The notes below the pieces were generated by a model. The model was not told the origin of the DNA and did no database searches. It saw only the letters and a list, made by a program, of their open reading frames with translations. A stretch of 63,110 nucleotides of DNA, counting the filler, from Craspedostauros australis (taxonomy: Eukaryota): the NCBI GenBank assembly GCA_030167865.1. It is 9 parts of 9 records of this genome, joined end to end, with 100 filler letters (N's around TTAATTAATTAA, not from the genome) between each part and the next. Parts side by side here need not be neighbours in the genome. Positions count along the whole stretch, not along the records: positions 29,798 to 54,674 come from JALAGF010005602.1; 8 more parts are not named here. The stretch is one strand, 5' to 3'. Of this stretch, positions 35,778-45,349 are shown one piece after another (the stretch's first letter is position 1; every line of letters begins with the position of its first letter). Made by a program: the position numbers and the translations under genes.

Positions 35778-36698
35778 TTATTCCTTCAGTTTCAACTGTT
35801 GTCCCAACTGTTCTTGTGGTTGTTCATTCTCTTGCTCGTTTTGTTGCAAGCGTTGTTGCAGTTGTGGGTGAACTGAAGGCGAAAGTCCTCTAATGAGGGA
35901 CTCGATACACTCCAGTTTGCCGTTGCGGCATGCCCAATGAAGGGGAGTGTCATGATCGTTGTCTTCGCAGTTGGCGTCGGCCCCACATGATTTGATGAGG
36001 TACTCGATACACTCCAGGTGGCCGTTGCGACATGCAAAATGAAGGGGAGTCCAACCACGGTTGCTCTGGCAGTTGATGTTCGCCTCACATGATTGTATGA
36101 GGTACTTGACACACTCCAGCTTGTCATAAATGCATGCGTGATGAAGGGGAGTGAAACCATTGCTGGCTTTGCAGTTGATGTTCGCCTCACATGATTCGAT
36201 GAGGTATTTCACACACTCTAGCTGGCCGTTGCGGCATGCGTGATGAAGGGGAGTGAAACCATTGCTGGTTTTGCAGTTGGCATTGGCCCCACCTGATTCG
36301 ATGAGGTACTTCACACACTCCAGGTGGCCAAAAATGCATGCCAAATGAAGGGGAGTGGAATCATTGTCGGCTTTGCAGTTGATGTTCGCCCCACCTGATT
36401 CGATGAGGTACTTGACACACTCCAGGAGGCCGTTGCTGCATGCGTCATGAAGGGGAGTCCAACCATCGTAGTTTTTGCAATTGATGTTCGCCTCACATGA
36501 TTGGATGAGGTACTTCACACACTCCAGGTGGCCGTTCATGCATGCCCAATGAAGGGGAGTGGAACCAACCCAGTCTGCAACCTTGTTGACATCAACTCCT
36601 TCGTTCTTCGTCTTGTTCTGCTTCTTCCATGCCTTCAACACCGACAAGTTACCTGCACGGGCAGCATTAAGGAGTTCTTGGTACGTAACATTCGTCAT
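35778..36698 (-). CDS. Ankyrin-repeat protein, copy 1 (7 TPLH repeats of 34 aa)
   Basis: 102-bp repeats encoding GxTPLHxACxxGxLECVKYLI; ATG at 36698; coiled-coil-like tail. Confidence 0.9.
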   Translation of the reverse strand: MTNVTYQELLNAARAGNLSVLKAWKKQNKTKNEGVDVNKVADWVGSTPLHWACMNGHLECVKYLIQSCEANINCKNYDGWTPLHDACSNGLLECVKYLIESGGANINCKADNDSTPLHLACIFGHLECVKYLIESGGANANCKTSNGFTPLHHACRNGQLECVKYLIESCEANINCKASNGFTPLHHACIYDKLECVKYLIQSCEANINCQSNRGWTPLHFACRNGHLECIEYLIKSCGADANCEDNDHDTPLHWACRNGKLECIESLIRGLSPSVHPQLQQRLQQNEQENEQPQEQLGQQLKLKE

Positions 36699-37460
36699 TT
36701 TGAGAGGATAGTCGATGGTTGCTGGACGATTGACGTTGGACGTTGGATGATTGTCGTTGGATTGGCTGCCGAGGGAGTGTGTAGTCTGAGCTATCTATGG
36801 CAGAGATATCGATCGTGTGTCTTCAATACCTTGTATGAGTATTAGGATGAGAAATCTGAACTGTGTGATGAATAGTAGTATGCGTGGCAATTCGATGTCT
36901 GTTGTTGATGTGCTGGAGTGTGATGTTGAGTGGTGTTGTGTTGTTGTCTGTGTTTGCCTCCTCTTGATCACACCCTCTGGTTTGTGCGGTTTGGGTCCTT
37001 CTGTTCTCATCCATCACGGAAATGTACGACCCCATTCAGGACAATACGGTAGTATCCTGCCGATTTTTTATCGGACAACATGACTTTTTTGGCAAACGAT
37101 GTGGCGTGTTGTCCATTAGGGTCATATTTAATTAGCTAGCTTCTACGACACAAATACCTGGCTGACTTGTCTTCAGCGTGGACGAAAATGCTGACGTCAA
37201 CGACGGTCGATGTCAGACTGCGATGGTATCCAACGGTGTGGATGGTGATGTTGCGGCAGATTCGGTGTCGCGTTGATTCTTCACGATGTCGATGATTTGG
37301 CTCAGTTGTGTGTTTCCACCTTCGCGCATGTTGCGCAAAGAAGCACAGCGTTGGTGGTGGCACCCCTTCGCGTCAGCTGCAACACTCACGAATACCACAC
37401 AACACAGAATTGTATTATATAATGTCATGGAGCACAATGGCTTTTTCTTTGGTATGCAAA

Positions 37461-38763
37461 ATAAATAAATAAATAACTCAGTGATTACATCATAGATGTG
37501 CCATAAGGCTATACCCTCGCCTCCATAGGCCCCATGGGGCCATGTTTTGAGCGAGCTGTCAAGTGTCCCTTCTCGAGCCATCCCCAGCCACGACGCCATG
37601 CTCGCCTCTTGGCTTGTATCGTTCGCGATCATCGCCGCGCTTTCACCACCACTTGGATGGCTATCATAGAGTTCACCCACTGTTTCATCTGTTCCTCCGT
37701 ACTGTACTCAATACTGCGGCCTTCTCGGAGTAGATGTAGCTCCGATTCGTTGATGTCCTGACTCGCACCCTGTATCAGTCTTGGTACCTGCCTACGCAAG
37801 TCCCTCGCGGCCGGGTGTTGTTCTTCGTCAAGAACTTTGGCGTTCCTGGCCAGCCACACCTCCCAGGGCACTTTCCGTATCCATCGCACCATTTCCCAAG
37901 CCATACTTTTGCGTCTGGATATGGGCACTTGTGCGTCATCATCCAGTGCTCCTGCTGGCTCCCAGTCCTCATGCAGAAGCCCTACCAGTAGTGGGGACCA
38001 TCCCATGGCACTTTGTGGGTCATTCGAGCATACATTCTTCCTCCATTTCACCAAACCCACTCTCATGTTCCTTTACCAATTGTGGGAATATTTCAATCTC
38101 CACCATGTGATTCACTAGGTTCGAGGTGGCACTCATCCATGCCTTGTGATGTTCTGGGCATGTGTGGATAGGATTTGTCCCAATTTCCACATCAAAGAGG
38201 AGAAGATGTTGGACGTTGCCAACAGTCGCACCATGATTTGCACCATCAGCAGGATGGATTCTGTGGTTAGTTTGTTGTCGTACGCATTGCTGAACAGCTG
38301 CTTCCACTGTTTGAAGGATGCCCCCATCCGCCAGATCATCCCTCATCTCCTGTATGAAGGCAATGGGCTTGTCAAGCGCGCCCTCTTCCCCAGATGCGGC
38401 TTGAAAAGGTTGCGAGCTCTGTGTCATCAGGTTCCTCTTGCGGAGGATGTCACCCCAACTTCTCTCGTGTTGATGACTCCCAATCCAATGGTTCTCGTTT
38501 TCAGTGGGTTGCTTCTTTGGCGTCTTTTTGCCTGGAGAGTCCCTGGACTGTGGCTTGCCGCCTTGGCCTCCTTGTCCTGGACATCCTTGTGCCATGGTCG
38601 GCGTCGATCGATCGCACTGGTTGGCTTTGCCAGAGCCGTTTTGTGCGCTTGTGCGCACCATTGTCAAATATTTTGTTCTAGTACTGATTCTACAGGTTCT
38701 ACATGAGAATTTTCGTACTGGTCCTACGTACATCATCAACTGTGAAAGAACCACAGGACACTT
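37461..38763 (-). mobile_element. Internally deleted non-LTR retrotransposon nested in TIR element 1
   Basis: 13-bp TSD TTTGGTATGCAAA (37448-37460 and 38764-38776); (TATT)n 3' tail; LINE ORF2 C-terminal signature QSAMGWSPLLVG...W...WEVWLARN preceded by HTCP. Confidence 0.75.
38706..38763 (-). ncRNA. Type III hammerhead ribozyme, slightly decayed
   Basis: GTC / CTGTG-GTTCTTT-CACAG / TTGATGA-T / GTAC-GTAGGACCA-GTAC / GAAA-ATTC, with complementary loops 1 and 2. Confidence 0.7.
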
Positions 38764-41700
38764 TTTGGTATGCAAACTATAGCATTATTTCACACTAAGC
38801 TTCACGTGTTAATACAAAGACATGCACAACCTGCTTTGCTCCCATTGGATAGGGGATGCCAAGGTCATCTGCTGAGCTGTTGGCATGGTTCGGAAAGAGA
38901 CTGGTGGCAGTGGTGTTGTTTTCCATATTGTTTCTCATGTTGTGATTTGTGTGCTTGCAGATTCATTGACACCAAAATACCAAGCCGAGAGGAGAGCAGA
39001 TGAACAACGGCCAGCAGCAAGAGATGGCTGTTGGCGACGACGAGCAGACAGGAGGTCCAAAGGAACAAACAGAGAATAGATCTGAAGCGAGGATGAGGCC
39101 GCAATATTGAGTAGACATATGGAGGGAAGGCAGTGTTGCTGATTGGGATGTGGACAAAGCTCAACGCCACGGACCACGAACGACGGAAGAACCGAGAACA
39201 AGGCAGCGTGAAAGTCAAGCTGGGGGTCAAGATCTGGATTACCCACTAACCCACAACTCTGAATTTTGACAACTGATCCACGGCCCAGATGAATCAGCAT
39301 CCTTGACATGCCTACCGCTGCCACGCAATCCTCAACATTTCTTCGAAACCAACCACCTCACCAACTCGAAATGTGAGTCTGTTGATGATGGACACGACTG
39401 GGCATCAAGCTGAAGCACGACTGGCGTTTCCGAACCCCCATCTGCACGTCTACGTCTGCATGCCCAACATGTTTAGCCATAGACTGATGCAAAAAATATG
39501 TACTTTTTAACTACAAGGCTCAGGATCTTGTTACTTCACCAATATACTCTCTGCAGAATTATAGGATGAACGAAGCCCTCAAATTAAAAATCGGCACGAT
39601 AGTACCTTTGTATCCTGAATACGATCGTACGACCCCATTCAGGATAGAAACGTACGTTTTTGCGGATTTTTAAGATAAGCACTTAGATCATCCTATTATG
39701 TTGCAGAGAGTATATGAGTGAAGTTACAAGATCCTGGGCCTTGTAGTTAAAAAGTTTATATTTTTCGCATTAGTCTACGACTAGACACGTTGCGCATGCG
39801 GACGTTGAGGGGCAAATGGGGTTCGGAATCGCCAGTCGTGCTTCGGCTCGCTGTCCAGTCGTGTCCATCATCGGCGCTCTCGCATTTCGCATGGGTGAGG
39901 CGGTTGGGTGCGAAGAAATGATGAGGATTGCGCAGTGGCGGCAGGCTTGCTGAGGCCGATGCTTCGTCTGGGCTGCCGATCANNNNNNNNNNNNNNNNNN
40001 NNNNNNNNNNNNNNNNNNNNNNNNNNNNNNNNTGTGGGTTGGTGGGTAATCCAGATCTTGATGCCCAGCTTGACTTCCACACTGCTTTGTTCTCTGTTCT
40101 GCTGCTGTTCATGGCCTTCGTTGGCTTCTGGCCGTTGTTCATCTGCTTTGCTCTTGGCTTTTTGTTTCAGTGTCAATCACTTGATTCTTCCGAATTGGAC
40201 GCAGTTTTGTGTGTTTTCCCGTTTCCGGAGACGCATGATTTTCTTGTTCTCAACGTATTTCACGTTTTGGACGAGAACAAAGGCCTCATGTCATCAAATA
40301 TTGATTCCAAATTTCTGATTTCTGATCATGTGTCGGCGAGAAGTGTTCTCCACGATAGTGTTTGAATTTTCAGTGACCAATCATTTCTTCTCGATGTCGT
40401 ACAATATCTTCACGAAAGAGGGACAGACCTTGTATTTGGCAGTGAATACCAGCGGCGGTTGGGATCTTGGTGAGAGAGTTCAACTCGTGATCCTGTTGTG
40501 TTGGGTGCAATCTCTCCAAGTTCGCCAACCTCTATCGCACCCACACACCACAAGCTACGATTCCAACAACAACAACGACAACAACAATCTAACCACAAAA
40601 GCAGCTCCTGAACAATCTGCGTTGTGACCGCCAGTTGTCATGATCGGAGATCGTTCCATGGAAGCNATTGAAAGCACAACCGGCATCCATTACTGAATTC
40701 ATCGTTGGGGGCAACACGCATCTCGCACACTCAAAATTTGTCACTCTGCCTGGGCAAGCTTTGACTGCGCGAGATGTTTGTGCTCCGCGCGCGCAACACT
40801 TGTGATGTTGACATCTGTCAAAGGACCACTTTTGATTCGCATTGTCCACGTCGCATGCAATGATTGGTGCAAAAACAAGTCCATCCGGTCAAGGGTCGTG
40901 ACACGTTGGTGATTCCTTCAGTCTCTCTTGGGTCATTCATCCAAGGACTGTTGGATGAAGGATCAGGTGCGTGCCGCCAGGATTGATCAGTGTTTGCAGA
41001 TCGAGATGGTGGCGCTCAAGTATCAGATTGGTGTTGCCCCTGGCATCTGGCCTAGCACGAGTATCCATTTGGTTTTCATTCTTTCCNNNNNNNNNNNNNN
41101 NNNNNNNNNNNNNNNNNNNNNNNNNNNNNNNNNNNNNNNNNNNNNNNNNNNNNNNNNNNNNNNNNNNNNNNNNNNNNNNNNNNNGCTGGATGGTCCAAGT
41201 GTTGAGGGTTCACACACAGCAGTATAGCATGATGCATGCCATGCAACAGAGATGAAGAACAACTCCAACGCAATACACACCATGTGGTGTCAGAGTCTGA
41301 GCCACGAATGCAATGTTTCCATACATGCACAATGCCATCACCGATGCACTTACCTGGTGCAAGGCACCCCATCTTCTGCATGCTTTTTGCAATCCTCCCA
41401 TCGACCCTCTTCCGGTGTCGCCTTGCGCATGTGGACGACTGACCCGTAGAAGCAACGTCTGCACGAGGCAACCGATCTCGCGATCGGCGTATTCCAACAA
41501 CAATTGACCCCACATGACAGGGTATGTGAGCAGTCATATCTCCTCTTCCAATATCTTCTCCTCACTTCTTTCCATCGTCAGGCGCACTCTGACACAAAGC
41601 CGGCATACATCTCAAGCCTAGTATGTACCATCTGGGATATGTGCGCATGGCTGGAGTAGGAAGGCATAATATGGCCAAGGCCCAAGCTCCAACTACGTGG

Positions 41701-42748
41701 CAACCAACTTGTGTATGCCGCTGCTGTGTATTCTGGTGTATGCAGAGCCTGACAGGACTGTTTCCACGACTGTACCGAATGCTGATCGCTGGATGCACTA
41801 AAACACTGCCATCGGCGCGTGTGTAGAGGCAGAATCTTTGCCCAGTCGCCAACAGCCAAGCTCTCGCAACCTGGGCACATTCCATGCAGACATATAGATG
41901 CGGCGCATCGCTAGTCCCATGCATTGTTGCCTCCTCCTCATGCTTGTAGCCTGCGTTGCAACACATCTCACCTATTCTAGTCATTCAACGCTGCCAACAC
42001 GGATACCCTGGGCGGCCAAAGCGCTCTTGTGGTATGCTCGTTGCTCGTTGCATGTGACCGTCGCCGAGTTTCTGCCAAGTATTTGAATGGATTGACTGAT
42101 GACAATCGTGAGCCAAAAGAATCGATTCTGATGGTGCAGAGGCCATCAGCAATGAACTGCGACCGTGCTCATGACATACCATTTCACTGTTGCCATTGCC
42201 CTCGTCATGGCGCATTCGACGTGTTCCATTCTCCAATGATGCAGGTTGGGCATGAAGCCCGACGTGCAGATTTGCATCAGCAATCTGGCCACCACACATA
42301 TGCGAATGAGCTTGGTTGTGATGTGTTTTCCTCAACTCTCGTGTTGGTTGTACTGCATCTTCTTTCAGCTGTCTATCACTGTGGCGAACTCCTCGCGCAA
42401 TGGACACCACAGCTGGTGCTTGAGCTTTGTTCTCCTGATGAGGTGGGGCCAGAGTTTAATAGAGATGGAGGGATTCACAATGACAGATGGGAGGATAGAC
42501 TCGAACAGCAGTTGCAAATCTCGCCGGATTCGCTTGTAGGATGGCCAGTCAATCATGAGAGCCTTCATTTCCGTTCGGTGCGCTTACACCAACTACCTTG
42601 GCCCCATGTGTNNNNNNNNNNNNNNNNNNNNNNNNNNNNNNNNNNNNNNNNNNNNNNNNNNNNNNNNNNNNNNNNNNNNNNNNNNNNNNNNNNNNNNNNN
42701 NNNNNNNNNNNNNNNNNNNNNNNNNNNNNNNNNTCGTTGCTTTCAGCT

Positions 42749-43273
42749 TATTAGCACACTGCTTTATTCACCTGATACATTTTCTGATTAGTCCGTCCTG
42801 GTATGTGCTGAAACGTCGTTTCCTCCAGACACATGTTTATTGGCATAAGGGACACATTAGAGAACATCAGAGATTTGGTCTGGCCACCACCCAGCAATCA
42901 TGTGACACCAAGTTTGACTTGATCTACTTCCCAACTAAACCTGAAGTGACACCACCTTCAACGACCTCAAGATTCATCATGGAATGTGGAATCGACAGAG
43001 CCATGGAATGGTGATGAGTGACGTCGATACAGGAGACGTCATTGCCACATCATGGGTCATCTCCACATCAGAACAAGATGGCAAAGATGCATGACCGAGA
43101 GCTGTCCTTGAACGCAGCAACATGAGATACAACTCAATGAAGATAACATAGATTCAGAAGTCACTCTACCCAATCAGTGCCTTTGTTACACCAGCTTATC
43201 ACCACCTTCCTGAAAGACTTGATCTCTCTTGACGGATTTGTGTGATTTCGCTGTGTACAATAACAGGATACCA
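42749..43273 (+). mobile_element. Solo CoDi LTR
   Basis: TATTAGCAC...GGATACCA, 525 bp, 5-bp TSD CAGCT (42744-42748 and 43274-43278); homologous to 24368-24900. Confidence 0.9.
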
Positions 43274-44824
43274 CAGCTCCTCCACAGGCTGTTCTGACTC
43301 TTGAAGGTGGGCAGAGGTGTTCGGATGCTCTTGCACATGTGTGTGGATGGTCTTGCTGGACTCATGAACACAACCACAGATGACCCGTCCGGATCCTTCG
43401 AGATGGTACATAACGTTTTTGGGAATTTGCTCTGTGTTGATTGTTGTTGCTGAGCCGAGGCTGCTTCATCTGGAAGGAGAAAAAGTTCAAAGAGGATAGG
43501 CTTGTTAGGCTTGGTGCTTTGAAGATGGTGCTGGACAAGGGGCAAAGGAGGGAGGATTCGAATTCATCTTCCATGCTGCGACCATTGAGGTTGGGATCAG
43601 CAGGGAAGATGTGAGCTGATGCATCCTGGCAGTTCACATGGAAGATGGCATGACCAGGGGTCTGTGTGAAATGGAATAACACTGTCCCTGATAGTTTATC
43701 ATTGTGCACCTGGGACGGAAAGTCATTGCACAAGTTGCTGTTCAAGGAAATCGCCTCCTTGGCAATGATAGGCGTCTGCATTCGTTCCCTGCCACAACCT
43801 TGTGGAAATTCTACCGACATATGCCAATGAGCATCGCGGACAGTGCCAACGTTCTGATTGCCCATGGACCAATTTCAAAGGTTGTACATGGGGGAGAATC
43901 CAAATAGCAGTGAGATCTTGCCATGGTCACAAGGTCACAACCATGTTGGCTGTGGAGGCTGGGACCCAGTTCGCTCAAATCCGGCCAACTTGGTGTTGCA
44001 AGCCAGTTCAAAGCCGTTTCGATTGGCACTCCTTCCTTGTGGTTGTTGGAATCATGATGATATCACCAGTTGCAGGAATATTAGACCTTGTTTTGACATC
44101 TGGTGTCCTGAGCGTATATTGTGCATGGCCACTGGCCACTGCTGAAATAATGGTGGCAGGATGAAGAGGTGTGGCTGCAAGGAACCTTGCACAATGCCTC
44201 CTGCCTCCTCTTCTTGTTCCCGTTCCGCTGCTGTTGGAGTTGGCACGCCCTCTGTTGCGGATCGAATTGGTACTGCTGATCCTGATGCATTTAAGGATCC
44301 TGGTGCAGCCAAAGATATCAGGATTTGTACTAACGAAGGCACACAGTTTATGCTGGAACCTGTCTTCTGTTGACACCAATGGCACAATAGCCAGCAACTC
44401 TCTCCAGTTTTGTACAGACTGCACAAAAGGGCGCATGGTTGATGTCTTGGCATGCTCTTTGCAACAGGAGTAGATGAGATGATGCTGCTACTGCTGCTAC
44501 TCAATCCTATTGGTTCTTCTCCAGCAACCTCCACTGTTCTGATGTCTGTGCATGTTCCAAGGATGTTGGTGGCTGGAGGCTTTGGATGCAGTCGTCATGA
44601 TGGCCATGTTGTCTCTTGTGGCCACCTGCTTGCCTGCTGATGGCTGGATGGTTGGATGGATGGAGAGATGGATGGAGGGATGGACAACGCCATCTATTCG
44701 TGTATCGTGCAAGGCCACATGGGATGCTATGAAAAGCATGGACCCGGCCTGGTAGAAGTATGATGGGTCTGTACATGTATGGGAGAGCAGAATTGATGTG
44801 AGGTGCGTCTGTGGATGGATCTTT

Positions 44825-45349
44825 TAATAGAGCTAAACTAATACCCATCTTAGAGAGAGACTACGAATCATCCGACCCGTCAGTGTTCCAGTAGATCGAA
44901 TCAATACTTCACCGGCCCCCACGTTTGGGGACAGATCCAGAACATTGAAGCAAATCTTTGGAACCCGTGTCAAGGAACCAGTGGGGTTCCGATAACCAAG
45001 TTTCTGACACCCACCATCGCCAAAACGCTGACACAGGGAAACGGTGCCCCAGCAACGCACATCATCGCACATTGTCTCTCACGGAACTCAGCCATTGGAT
45101 CTCAACTCACGGTACATGGGTTACATGACCCATACACACTGTCACTCAGGACACCACAGGAGATCCTCCCCACAGGGAAGAACCATAGCACTAATCTCAT
45201 AATCCGCACGTTTCTTCACCATCTACCAGTATTCTCAATTGACTACTTGTGGAACAGAAGACTCACGTTCGGACCGCTTGCCAATGAAGCCTCTGCCCAA
45301 AGCTATCAACATCCAACAAGACAACAGCCATTACGTTTGGGCTCTATTA
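44825..45349. mobile_element. 525-bp insertion with TA...TA ends (solo LTR or MITE)
   Basis: Ends TAATAGAGC and GCTCTATTA; TSD TCTTT. The empty site is seen in the paralogue at ~58643-58662. Confidence 0.88.

Larger units (their letters stand above)
37027..39627. mobile_element. TA-flanked TIR element 1 (non-autonomous)
   Basis: ~42-bp imperfect TIRs (CGACCCCATTCAGGA...TGCCGATTTTT and AAAAATCGGCA...TCCTGAATACGATCG); TA at 37025-37026 and 39628-39629. Confidence 0.8.
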
